DNA of 64,000 nucleotides from a virus (lineage: Duplodnaviria > Caudoviricetes), in the IMG/VR virus record IMGVR_UViG_3300027969_000040; one strand, 5' to 3'. The notes under the pieces were generated by a model that had not been told where the DNA came from, ran no database searches, and saw nothing but the letters and a program-made list of their open reading frames with translations. The position numbers and the translations under genes are program-made. Positions 17,520-26,714 of the stretch are shown here, piece by piece. How positions within the stretch are numbered: the stretch's first letter is position 1; each line of letters begins with the position of its first letter.

Positions 17520-19301
17520 TTAAATATGACTGTCTTCGGCAGCATTACTAGCGGCTCGTTGCAGATCAACATCGTCTAGGTCGGCAAAATACCCCATTTT
17601 AGTTAATACCATTAATCGCATACCAGTACCAAATCTTTCAGTTCCGTACAATGCCTGATATACTCTTTTACCCAGCGATGGGGTAGTGGATGCACGTTTT
17701 ACGCCACGTTCATCGTACCCACCATGGCCTTCATTATATACATCAACTTCAATTACCGATCCTGGTCCGACCACTTCAGACGACACAGTACCTAACATAT
17801 CTAATTCATCTGCATAACGGAATCTAGGAGTACTTAAATTATTTAAAAATGTAACTACAAAGTCCCCATTTTCAGTCAATGACTGTTGCGGATATGGATT
17901 TAATAACGGCGGATTATCCTCAGTTTGTATAGTAGCTGATTTTTTAATGCTTGGTGCCGATACATCTACTTCTCGAAGAATAAACTTTGTAAAACTCTGT
18001 GGAGCACCCATTCCGGTTACCACAAATACAGGGCATCGGCTAGTTTCGTATGAAATAGCAGGATTGTAAGGGAATCGTTGATTACGCATTTTTCCTCCGC
18101 CCCTTACATGCCCGGTTATTCGATCAACTGATCGTTGACATAAGACCCAGCGGAATGGACTGTTACCAATATTGTTAGCAAGTAATGGATTTGGGTTATT
18201 GCCTATATCAAACGTACCTTCGGGTACTTCTTCTTGACTACCTTCCCATACTGCAAAAAACCAACCTCTATTAGTCATTGTTATACAATAGCTCATTGGG
18301 TACGCACCCTCAGACCCTATGTCGGGATCTCTGTTGAGCCAAATTTGAGACAATGCTTTTGCTGGATCTGGTGCCGCACTTGTCCAGTCTTGACCAAACG
18401 AACTTAAATTACCTGCTGGTTCTGTTTTTGTAGGAGCTGTCGAATAGGCTCGATTGTTTAATTGTGCAATATTTCCAGTATTTGGTAATTGTAATTCTGT
18501 AGCACAATGTATTGCCATTTTTGTGTCAGATATTGCATTAAAACAAACTCTCCAATTTGAACTATTACCGGCTGCCGATCTAAATGCACCAACTTGAACT
18601 TGATCAGCTAAAGGATCAACCAATGGAGTCGATTCTAAAATCCAAACTCCCCAACTTGCTCCAGCAGAACTATCAGTTGGAATTGGATTAGTTGACGCAG
18701 GATCTGGAGACCAAGGAACATTTCTTGTATTGTCGTCAGCATCTGCTGGTGTTGTTGGTACAAGTGGATTCAATATGTCTGGTCCAACATAGCCGCCTGC
18801 TCCACCCCATGGAGTATGTGGCGGAGGTACACTTTTTACATATGGCATTGTAAAACTGTATCCAGTTCCGGCGCCAACAGTGGTTACTGGGTTAACTATT
18901 CCTGGAGTATTTCCGCCAGATACAGTAACTGGTTCTGTGACTAATTTCAATACCACGCTTGCTCCATCAGGCACGGCTGGGTCAATGCTGGGCTCATAAA
19001 CTCCGGAAGTGGTATACGATCTATAAACATAATAATTACCTGGTGCTATAGTACCCGCCGTCCCAGCGCCAGTGCCAGCAGTAACAGTAATTTTAGTTCC
19101 ATGTGGAACCTTATAGGGTATGCCTACAATTGAAATATTTCCTGCCGCAGCAATTCCCCCAACTTGTAACGATACACTAGGATATACAATTCTAAAAAAC
19201 GGAACACGATTCATACCTTGTCCGGTCATTTCTTTCATTACATCAGTCACAAGGTCCAGAATGCTAGTGAACCCGTATTTTGTAGTATTAAAACATGCCA
19301 T
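17520..19301 (-). CDS. Virion structural (probable tail-fibre-associated) protein, 593 aa; paralog of the 19319-22108 product
   Basis: C-terminal half shares YPMSYCITMTNRGWFFAVWEG, WVLCQRSVDR and FLNNLSTPRFRYADELDMLG with the neighbouring ORF; SD AGGAG upstream. Confidence 0.7.
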   Translation of the reverse strand: MACFNTTKYGFTSILDLVTDVMKEMTGQGMNRVPFFRIVYPSVSLQVGGIAAAGNISIVGIPYKVPHGTKITVTAGTGAGTAGTIAPGNYYVYRSYTTSGVYEPSIDPAVPDGASVVLKLVTEPVTVSGGNTPGIVNPVTTVGAGTGYSFTMPYVKSVPPPHTPWGGAGGYVGPDILNPLVPTTPADADDNTRNVPWSPDPASTNPIPTDSSAGASWGVWILESTPLVDPLADQVQVGAFRSAAGNSSNWRVCFNAISDTKMAIHCATELQLPNTGNIAQLNNRAYSTAPTKTEPAGNLSSFGQDWTSAAPDPAKALSQIWLNRDPDIGSEGAYPMSYCITMTNRGWFFAVWEGSQEEVPEGTFDIGNNPNPLLANNIGNSPFRWVLCQRSVDRITGHVRGGGKMRNQRFPYNPAISYETSRCPVFVVTGMGAPQSFTKFILREVDVSAPSIKKSATIQTEDNPPLLNPYPQQSLTENGDFVVTFLNNLSTPRFRYADELDMLGTVSSEVVGPGSVIEVDVYNEGHGGYDERGVKRASTTPSLGKRVYQALYGTERFGTGMRLMVLTKMGYFADLDDVDLQRAASNAAEDSHI

Positions 19302-19318
19302 TATTATTAAACTCCTAA

Positions 19319-22108
19319 TTAATGTGGAATATCTCTTATAACACAGATCCTCAGACCTGTATTATATGGTAAGTTTGAAGGCATAGCCCTATATGTCCTA
19401 GGTGATGGTTCGCCGTATACTCCAGCGCCGTTTGGAGCAGTTAACACCACATCATTACCCGACATACAAACATCAGCAGATGCTTGCCCAATCATGTCTA
19501 ACTCTTCTGAGTATCTGAATCTAGGAGTAGTCAAATTATGTAAGAATGATATAAGATATGTATTATACTCAGTCAATGATATTTGATTAGTTGTATTCAT
19601 TATTGCATAACTATCCTGCGTATGTGTATCAGCTGGTATTCTATATTTAGACTCAATTTCTCGAAGTATGGCTGTTTTTCCAACTGTACTAGCGGTGGCT
19701 GTAAGAGATTGTACAGCATTTGCAGCACCAATACCTGCCGATCCAGTGTAACCTATTCCAGACCTAGGATCTATAAAGTCTCTTACATTCCACGGATCGC
19801 CTTGCTGCGGATGTGTAATATCTTCTTCTCTAACTATAAATTTCCAATATCTATACCCAACACTATTAACACAAAACACAGGTGCTCGACCTTTGCAATA
19901 TGTTCTGCCATTTTCTCTGTCAACTGGGCGTTGTATTAAAAACCAATTAAAGAAGCTATCTTTATCAATTATGCTAATTGATGCAGCTTTTTGCATGTTG
20001 CTCCAATTCCCTTCCCAAACGCCAAAGAATAAACCGCGATTGGTTATAGTCATTGTATAATTCAACGGATATGCTTCAGGGCTCAGAGCGACTCTGACTT
20101 CTCTGTTAACAAATCCTTCGGTTGGTTTTGCAGGATCTGGCCCAATATTAGTGGTAATACCAGGTGCGCCGCCATGGGATGCATACCCCTGTTGCTTGTC
20201 GATATAAGTTGAAGCAAGACCTGGTTTTTCGCCCATCATTCCTGCTCTATCAACTATCGTTCCGTCGGCTTTGGTAACATTTGCAACCGTGCCTGCGTCT
20301 GTTAATTGCATTGGTGTTCCTGCATATACATTCATTGCCTGTGCCCCGGCAAGCGGCTTGAGTTTATTTCGTAATACCTCAAATGTAACTCTCCATGGTT
20401 GCATTTCAGGGAAAAGACAATTTACATATAAACCCGAATGCTGAGCATATTGTTTATTCAATCGAACATTGGCAAACCAAGTTTGGTTAGGTATATCGTA
20501 GAATTCCTCCATTACCTCAACAATTTTTAGATCTAAATCAGGCTCCAGATAAACTGATGTATCGCCACGTGGCATTCTAACTGACATGCCGGCATGCATC
20601 TTAGGTGTTTTTACCGTGTCTGCATATTTTTGATCTGTTACACCATTTAATTCTAGATACTGTGATATACTAGTATCGCCATCTCTATCTAATTTTATAT
20701 TTCCAAAAAGTCCTGTAGGATCATTTATTGGATCAACATCGCCAGTGGCTTCTAATGTTGCTAAAAATCCAGCTGGATTTCTGACATTATCGTTAATAGT
20801 TAAACCCGAACCTCTAAAAAGTAAAGTATCACCTACATTTATATTTACTAATTCTGAGTTTCCGGGTGCCGCTTCAAGTTCAATATAGGTATACAGTGTT
20901 ACTGCTTCTGAACTATAAGTTCTATCAACAGGCGCGCCCGTGCCGCCTATCACTTTATGCGTTAACTCGGGGCGAGTTCTTATACCTGTTACAACTTCAA
21001 AAGATTTAACACTTTTTACTTTTGTACCTGGTGGAATATAACTTTGAACATCTCTTTTGCCGACCTCGGTACTTAATATAATTTCTTGCCCTGGCATTAT
21101 CATTGTATAAGCAGTAGTGTGTAATACCGAAAACCATATACCGGCCGAAGTTGATTCGTAAGTAACCCCGAAGCCGGTTGCATCAGGGTCCATTTCAATA
21201 CCTCTGGGCCAGAGACGCTCACCATTTGTGCCGTATCCATACTGCGCCTGCCAGGGTTCGCGAGGACGAGGATTTGACCCCGAACCAAACGGTGATATTG
21301 TTGGCGCTACGTCCGCAGGGTTGCCGGTTGTCGCTGCACCAGCTGCCCAGCCAACCTTTGCAAATGAGGTATTCGGTATGGCGGCTGAACCAAACGGGGT
21401 ATCGTCGCCTTTATGTGCAGATGGTTTACCTGCAGCACCTGGTGCACCTCTATATGTACCTTGGCAAACGTAGGTAACTCCCGTTGCACCTTGAGCTGGG
21501 GATGTCCCCGGTGGCCCGAGGTATGTCAATGGTGTAGCCTGTCTTTGATCCATCCTATACCAGTCGTTGACTTCTCCGACTTTAACAGCCAATGAAGTAA
21601 CAGCACCAACTGGATTAACTGCCTTAACTTCAAGTTTTGGACCTTTTAAATCCAATGGTTGCGCAGTTCCTGTTCCAGTTCCTGTACGGTCATTATATTT
21701 TGCGTATGGAACAAACGCTGTAAAAATTGTACCAATTGTATTTGTACTTGCCCCAAAATCAATGAAATCAGTTGTACCAAGTGATAAAATTTTATAATTA
21801 TGTCCAACTAGCAAGTTTTGATCTACATCAATTTCGTCTGGAATTGCTAGTTCAAGGGTATCACCCACCTTGTATCCTAATCCTCCAGATTCAATTTCGC
21901 AATATCTTTCACTTGGTACGCCAGCATCGCCAACTTCGTTACCAACTTCGTCGATAATAGTTACATTGGCTTTTTGAAATCCGTTGCCTACTAAAATTCC
22001 ATATGCATCGACCATTAAATCGCTCATATTAGTAAATCCAATTTTTTCAACTGAATAAAAGTTTAGTTCGGGATAAACTGTTTCGTATACTGTTCTTGGT
22101 TGTATCAT
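19319..22108 (-). CDS. Virion structural (probable tail-fibre-associated) protein, about 929 aa; paralog of the 17520-19301 product
   Basis: The track starts at TTG 22129, but AAGGAG sits 9 nt before ATG 22108 (MIQPRTV). C-terminus YPLNYTMTITNRGLFFGVWEG...FLHNLTTPRFRYSEELDMIG...NTGLRI. Confidence 0.75.
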   Translation of the reverse strand: MIQPRTVYETVYPELNFYSVEKIGFTNMSDLMVDAYGILVGNGFQKANVTIIDEVGNEVGDAGVPSERYCEIESGGLGYKVGDTLELAIPDEIDVDQNLLVGHNYKILSLGTTDFIDFGASTNTIGTIFTAFVPYAKYNDRTGTGTGTAQPLDLKGPKLEVKAVNPVGAVTSLAVKVGEVNDWYRMDQRQATPLTYLGPPGTSPAQGATGVTYVCQGTYRGAPGAAGKPSAHKGDDTPFGSAAIPNTSFAKVGWAAGAATTGNPADVAPTISPFGSGSNPRPREPWQAQYGYGTNGERLWPRGIEMDPDATGFGVTYESTSAGIWFSVLHTTAYTMIMPGQEIILSTEVGKRDVQSYIPPGTKVKSVKSFEVVTGIRTRPELTHKVIGGTGAPVDRTYSSEAVTLYTYIELEAAPGNSELVNINVGDTLLFRGSGLTINDNVRNPAGFLATLEATGDVDPINDPTGLFGNIKLDRDGDTSISQYLELNGVTDQKYADTVKTPKMHAGMSVRMPRGDTSVYLEPDLDLKIVEVMEEFYDIPNQTWFANVRLNKQYAQHSGLYVNCLFPEMQPWRVTFEVLRNKLKPLAGAQAMNVYAGTPMQLTDAGTVANVTKADGTIVDRAGMMGEKPGLASTYIDKQQGYASHGGAPGITTNIGPDPAKPTEGFVNREVRVALSPEAYPLNYTMTITNRGLFFGVWEGNWSNMQKAASISIIDKDSFFNWFLIQRPVDRENGRTYCKGRAPVFCVNSVGYRYWKFIVREEDITHPQQGDPWNVRDFIDPRSGIGYTGSAGIGAANAVQSLTATASTVGKTAILREIESKYRIPADTHTQDSYAIMNTTNQISLTEYNTYLISFLHNLTTPRFRYSEELDMIGQASADVCMSGNDVVLTAPNGAGVYGEPSPRTYRAMPSNLPYNTGLRICVIRDIPH

Positions 22109-22129
22109 TGTTTTTCGCTCCTTGCCCAA

Positions 22130-22170
22130 TATTTATCCAATTGGGATTTTAGAATTATAAAGTTATTTAT
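22130..22170 (-). promoter_or_regulatory. Two tandem late-promoter cores ATAAATA (22130-22136 and 22164-22170)
   Basis: tatttat occurs twice in the intergenic gap upstream of the 929-aa gene. Confidence 0.55.
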
Positions 22171-22194
22171 CAAAGTTAACACAGTTATTAATCA

Positions 22195-23031
22195 TTAAAC
22201 GGCCGATACCCACGCATTATTAACAAATACATGTAACTTGGTTGTCGGCACAACAAACACTGTTCTTCCATTATAGTTACCAGTTGTCGGTAGGCTTTGA
22301 AGAATTTCTGTTCCAGGTCTACTATCAGTAACCGATGGAAAATAATATACACTAAATGTTATAGGGGTAGATGCCAAATACGGTGACAAACTAGTAAGTG
22401 TTACATATACATTAGAATCCGGAGGTGTCTCCATATTTGAAAATATACTGTATTGTCTGCTTTGAAAACTACTACCATCATTTAAAATTACTGTTCCATC
22501 GTCAACTAAATGATCAGGGGTAGCAATAAATGTATACGGGTTATCTTCATCTTTTGCCGCTGTTCCAAAAACTTCAACTTTAACTGGTCTACTAACACTT
22601 ACCGAGTACACTATTGCACTAACACCTAAATTTAATTTAAATTCGGCTGTTCCAAATCCTAATAAATTAGTGATTGTTGTTTCATATTTGTGTCTTCTTA
22701 TTGCAGAATCTGGCAGGCCAGGGGCCCAATAGGTGCCAGGATCGCCGCCACCAATTGACGTAATTACTTGCCCGTATCCCGGAGTAGTAATTGGCAAAGA
22801 ATATCTTGTTCCGACTGTAATTGTATCATCCGGGCCAGTTCCAACAGTTAAATTGGCACTTATTTTAGCATTACCAACTACATCAAGTTCCGTAGTAGGA
22901 GTAAAAGTATTAATACCGACTCGTTTGCGCCCAACATCAAAATATATAAGGTCCCCATCAACTGCTAAATCAATTCCTTGACGTTCCAGATTTGGAACAA
23001 GCATTGGGCCCGAAATGCGTCCTATTGCCAT
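22195..23031 (-). CDS. Virion structural protein, 278 aa (tail-fibre-like N-terminus)
   Basis: MAIGRISGPMLVPNLERQGIDLAVDGDLIYFDVGRKRVGINTFTPTTELDVVG is a fibre-type motif (RVGINTxTP...LDVxG); TAATG overlap with the upstream gene. Confidence 0.7.
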   Translation of the reverse strand: MAIGRISGPMLVPNLERQGIDLAVDGDLIYFDVGRKRVGINTFTPTTELDVVGNAKISANLTVGTGPDDTITVGTRYSLPITTPGYGQVITSIGGGDPGTYWAPGLPDSAIRRHKYETTITNLLGFGTAEFKLNLGVSAIVYSVSVSRPVKVEVFGTAAKDEDNPYTFIATPDHLVDDGTVILNDGSSFQSRQYSIFSNMETPPDSNVYVTLTSLSPYLASTPITFSVYYFPSVTDSRPGTEILQSLPTTGNYNGRTVFVVPTTKLHVFVNNAWVSAV

Positions 23032-23459
23032 TATGCTGCGTATCCGTGTAAAATTATAATAGTTTGCCCCAAAGGTGGCACACTAGTAAAGGTTATCTGA
23101 CTGCCATCAACTGTAAATGCTACCCCAGGATTTTGAAAAACATTACCAACATAAACTAAAAGATAATTTTCATCACCTTTTCTATAATTACTTTTCATTG
23201 GCCCAAAAATTACTTGAGCGCCTGTTCCTAAAAATGTATCTTTTCCTACAATTGCGGATCCTACTCTAGTAACTAAAGTTCTCCAAGCACCAGTGACTTC
23301 ACTGGCTGTTTTTATAAAAATTTCAGGGGCAATTGTATTTTTATTATATCTAATCAATCCAGGGACAGGAGCATTTGGTCCCACTGAACTATAACCCATT
23401 GGCAATCGTATGCTGTAACTGCCACTTTTTAATTCAGTATTTTTAAGGTATCGTCCCAT
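23031..23459 (-). CDS. Virion structural protein, about 142 aa
   Basis: ATG at 23459 follows the upstream TAA by 1 nt (track used GTG 23471). C-terminal LLVYVGNVFQNPGVAFTVDGSQITFTSVPPLG is a common phage beta-sandwich module. Confidence 0.7.
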   Translation of the reverse strand: MGRYLKNTELKSGSYSIRLPMGYSSVGPNAPVPGLIRYNKNTIAPEIFIKTASEVTGAWRTLVTRVGSAIVGKDTFLGTGAQVIFGPMKSNYRKGDENYLLVYVGNVFQNPGVAFTVDGSQITFTSVPPLGQTIIILHGYAA

Positions 23460-23460
23460 T

Positions 23461-24783
23461 TTATATACCAATAGTAGAAACAGTTGCTACAACATCGGGT
23501 AAAGATATTCCGGTTACAATACCATCGGTATAATAGTTCCAGTCTTCACCATTGCTACTAGTAGCAACTCTTGCACCATATCCAACTGCCATAAATTCAG
23601 ACCTGGCATTGTTCCATATTAAGCAAGAGCCTGCAACAGAATTCCAAGGTAAATTATTTAATGTATGCGATACCGTCCATTGAGTACCATCGTATACAAA
23701 TATATCCGAGCTGCTACCAATAACATAGAATCCGTATCCAACTCTGAATGTCGCGCCACCAGATCCTAATATTGATAAACTTCCTGCTTGAGCCAAACCA
23801 GGATTATAATTCCACGTAACAGCATCGTAACTAGTAGCTGCTTTATTGTTATCCAACGATAATGCTAGATAACCAGTTGCCAACGATCCTGAAAAAACTA
23901 TTGTTGTTACTCTGGTAGATTGTCCCCATGCAACATTATTTTGTAAATCGTCAATAATAGTCCAGGTAGCACCGTCGGTTGTTTTTGCCATTATGCCGCC
24001 TTCGCCACCTATTATAAAAGTTGTGCCATCCCACATAACAGTTGTTACATCTGTTTGTTGCCAGGTTGTACCTGACAGGCTTGGCTGATAATCCCAACTC
24101 TGTCCGTCAATACTAGTGGCAATACGAGCACTGTTTCCCACTGCTATAGCAATTGAATTATTTGTTGCAATTGCGTTTATGTCGTTGGAACCCCAGTCTG
24201 GTAAACTAGAAATACCTGTAGCATTAGTCCAAGCTATGCCATCTGTACTAATACCCATCCAGCCCTGTTGGCCTACTACTATATATTTTTTTCCTATCAT
24301 TCTGACTACGCCAGTAGCATCTACTGAATCCGGCCAAGTGATGTTAATTAACCCTGGCTGATAAGTCCAACTTTCACCTGTAGGGCTAGTAGCAACTTTA
24401 CCACTTTTACCTACTATTAAATATTCGTTTCTGTCAGGTGCCCATATAGCTGCACTAATTTTATCAATTGCACCCCATAGAGTCTGAGCTAATCCAATAC
24501 TTGCAATCGATGATGGATCAACAATACTGGCACATATAGTATCTCCGTCGTCTAAAATTAATTTTTCAGATTCTACTACATAAGTATCATGCGACGTTAA
24601 TGGTACATTATAATAAATTAATGTTTGGATTCCAGGTTGATAATTTTTTGGTACAGCATACACATTAAATAAAATTGGTATGCTGCCGGTGTTGCAGAAA
24701 TACATAGTAGTAACTGCATTACTGCCGTTACTAACGTAGATATTAGCTATAGTTGGTGTTATAATTGTACTTGTTAATGCCAT
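23461..24783 (-). CDS. Virion protein, 440 aa: small N-terminal beta domain plus BNR/YCF48-like beta-propeller repeats
   Basis: Repeated blades YLIVGKSGKVATSPTGESW, IVVGQQGWMGISTDGIAW, IAVGNSARIATSIDGQSW, IIGGEGGIMAKTTDGATW, MAVGYGARVATSSNGEDW. Confidence 0.8.
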   Translation of the reverse strand: MALTSTIITPTIANIYVSNGSNAVTTMYFCNTGSIPILFNVYAVPKNYQPGIQTLIYYNVPLTSHDTYVVESEKLILDDGDTICASIVDPSSIASIGLAQTLWGAIDKISAAIWAPDRNEYLIVGKSGKVATSPTGESWTYQPGLINITWPDSVDATGVVRMIGKKYIVVGQQGWMGISTDGIAWTNATGISSLPDWGSNDINAIATNNSIAIAVGNSARIATSIDGQSWDYQPSLSGTTWQQTDVTTVMWDGTTFIIGGEGGIMAKTTDGATWTIIDDLQNNVAWGQSTRVTTIVFSGSLATGYLALSLDNNKAATSYDAVTWNYNPGLAQAGSLSILGSGGATFRVGYGFYVIGSSSDIFVYDGTQWTVSHTLNNLPWNSVAGSCLIWNNARSEFMAVGYGARVATSSNGEDWNYYTDGIVTGISLPDVVATVSTIGI

Positions 24784-24791
24784 AAAATATC

Positions 24792-25424
24792 CTATAACAC
24801 TAATGAAAATATTAGTGCTTTTCTTTTTGTAATTAATTCTGCGTTTAAAACTGACGAATTTGATACATATAAACCTGCTGCACCTGCTTCTGGTGCTTTA
24901 CTATATATCACAGTAGCATCATTGACTGCTGGTAATACATTTGTAACTGTACTGCTGATTTGTATGCCAGCATTTGGTCCAGTTGGTGCATTTCCTGGCA
25001 CTAATACTATGTTCTCTCCCGGCGACGATCTAATTTCGTATCCAGCTAAATTTAAATGCCCACCTAATGTTGGAGTTGGGTCGTCTGCAACCATTGACAT
25101 AATGTCTCTGTATAAGAAACTATCATATGTCATTTGCCATTTATTTAATTGTTCAGTCCATTGTATTGCTGCCTTAGGACTATCACCACGACTGACTTCT
25201 ATACCAGCATTTAGTATTGGTATTCCTGTTGTTACATTAGCAGCTAAAGTAATAAAATTATCAGATATTAGTGTTTCAACCGACCCAATATTAGTTTGGT
25301 TGCCAACTACTACTAAATTGCCAAAAATACTCACTGAGCCGCGGCCGCCTAAAGCGTCAATGTAGATATTACCGCCTAAAGCGGTTAAATACCAATCGCC
25401 AGATGTACGATCAACCGTAGCCAT
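24792..25424 (-). CDS. Virion structural protein, 210 aa
   Basis: GNLVVVGNQTNIGSVETLISDNFITL...NAGIEVSRG...WTEQLNKW is a fibre-shaft-like motif also present in the 1-1073 ORF (GNLVLTGTPTTVSSVNTSVSDSLITL). Confidence 0.7.
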   Translation of the reverse strand: MATVDRTSGDWYLTALGGNIYIDALGGRGSVSIFGNLVVVGNQTNIGSVETLISDNFITLAANVTTGIPILNAGIEVSRGDSPKAAIQWTEQLNKWQMTYDSFLYRDIMSMVADDPTPTLGGHLNLAGYEIRSSPGENIVLVPGNAPTGPNAGIQISSTVTNVLPAVNDATVIYSKAPEAGAAGLYVSNSSVLNAELITKRKALIFSLVL

Positions 25425-25443
25425 GAATTATTCCTATTTTAGA

Positions 25444-25450
25444 TATTTAT
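25444..25450 (-). promoter_or_regulatory. Late promoter core ATAAATA
   Basis: tatttat 20 nt upstream of the ATG at 25424. Confidence 0.6.
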
Positions 25451-25465
25451 CATCTAAGATAAGTT

Positions 25466-25495
25466 AAAAAAATAGCTGCCACAGCAGCTATTTTT
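25466..25495. terminator. Bidirectional intrinsic terminator
   Basis: AAAAATAGCTGC-caca-GCAGCTATTTTT inverted repeat with A/T tails on both sides, just downstream of the 336-aa gene. Confidence 0.85.
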
Positions 25496-25509
25496 ATTTA
25501 AAAACGAAT

Positions 25510-26520
25510 TTAAGCGTTTGATATTTTGATGTTAACATCGGCTGCAAAGTATGGTTGATTGTCATATACTTTAGTACCGCTAGTACCATTTGCAGTCCAT
25601 GCTACTGAACTATCACTTGCAAATTGATGACTAGCACCGGTACCACGAGTTACTCGTGCTCGATGATTTGATAACTTTGTAATGTAATATTGATTGCCAG
25701 CAGTGTCGGTCGCTGTGATAGAAGCTTCGCCGGCTGCATTTACAGCTGAATCTTTCAACTTGACAATACCAGTTCTTGTACCATCTGTTACTTTATAACG
25801 ACGACCAGAAACTTGTCTAATTACATCAACTGCGGTTGCTGAACCACCAGTTAAGTATGCTGTCATAGTAATTGCATTCTCGTTTTGACCAACTACAGCC
25901 GATGATCCCATTACTGCATCACCAGTAACCGATTGGCTAAATGATACAGCCGCATCGGTTGGATCGGTATATCCAGAACCGTTGTTAATCATCAACACTG
26001 ATTTGGCACGATAACGCAATGTCAATGTTGCGCCAGTGGCTGTACTTGCTGAGCCGTCGGCGTGTGTTACTGTGGTTGCTTGTGCCCCAGTTGCTAAAGC
26101 ACCCGATGCATACAAGAATGTGCCACGGCTCAATGGTGTTACAGCAGTAACATCGTCGCCGCCGGTTCCACCAATTGTATTAACTGTAAAAGTTGCTGTG
26201 CCGGCGGAAGTAGTAACTGTTAGAATATCACCGGCTACGTATCCAGCCATTGTACCGCCAATGGCAGTTGCACTTTCAACTTCAGATGTAATACTACCAG
26301 TTGCACGTACAGCACCTAGTGCTAACTTGTCTGGATCACTGAATGTAGTCGATGGTCGTACTGTATACGCACCCAGGGCAGTTAATGTTACACTAGCAAT
26401 CTGATTACCACCAAGACCGTCATCGCCTTGATTTGCAGAATTATGTGCGTTTGTACTTTCGGCACCATTAGCGCCGATGTTGCGATTACCAAAATATTTT
26501 TTATTTAAAGGACGTCCCAT
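25510..26520 (-). CDS. Virion protein immediately downstream of the MCP (336 aa), possible capsid decoration or accessory protein
   Basis: MGRPLNKKYFGNRN...; strong SD AAGGAG, own late promoter and terminator (monocistronic unit); Thr/Gly/Ala-rich beta composition. The function is inferred from position only. Confidence 0.65.
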   Translation of the reverse strand: MGRPLNKKYFGNRNIGANGAESTNAHNSANQGDDGLGGNQIASVTLTALGAYTVRPSTTFSDPDKLALGAVRATGSITSEVESATAIGGTMAGYVAGDILTVTTSAGTATFTVNTIGGTGGDDVTAVTPLSRGTFLYASGALATGAQATTVTHADGSASTATGATLTLRYRAKSVLMINNGSGYTDPTDAAVSFSQSVTGDAVMGSSAVVGQNENAITMTAYLTGGSATAVDVIRQVSGRRYKVTDGTRTGIVKLKDSAVNAAGEASITATDTAGNQYYITKLSNHRARVTRGTGASHQFASDSSVAWTANGTSGTKVYDNQPYFAADVNIKISNA

Positions 26521-26540
26521 TTTATTTTCTCCTTAAGAAT

Positions 26541-26600
26541 TTATGGCGTTCTATGCCATACGCGGTTGGATTTCCGCATAAAACTTGCCCTATGCAAGTC
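26541..26600 (-). promoter_or_regulatory. Structured 5' leader of three adjacent hairpins upstream of the 336-aa gene
   Basis: Minus strand: GACUUGC-AUAGG-GCAAGUU, UAUGCGG-AAAUCCAA-CCGCGUA, UAUGGC-AUAGAAC-GCCAUA, then AAGGAG (26529-26534) and AUG. Confidence 0.6.
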
Positions 26601-26608
26601 GTACTGTC

Positions 26609-26615
26609 TATTTAT
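26609..26615 (-). promoter_or_regulatory. Late promoter core ATAAATA
   Basis: tatttat between the MCP terminator and the 336-aa gene leader. Confidence 0.65.
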
Positions 26616-26648
26616 CAAACCTTAATAATTTATTATTAATTAGCCAAC

Positions 26649-26671
26649 AAAAAAGGCTCCGAAGAGCCTTT
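26649..26671 (-). terminator. Intrinsic terminator after the major capsid gene
   Basis: Minus strand AAAGGCTC-TTCG-GAGCCTTTTTT: UUCG tetraloop hairpin plus U-tract. Confidence 0.9.
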
Positions 26672-26714
26672 AATGTAACTTCCCATCCCAAGGGTAAAAA
26701 GTTTGGTTCCGTTT

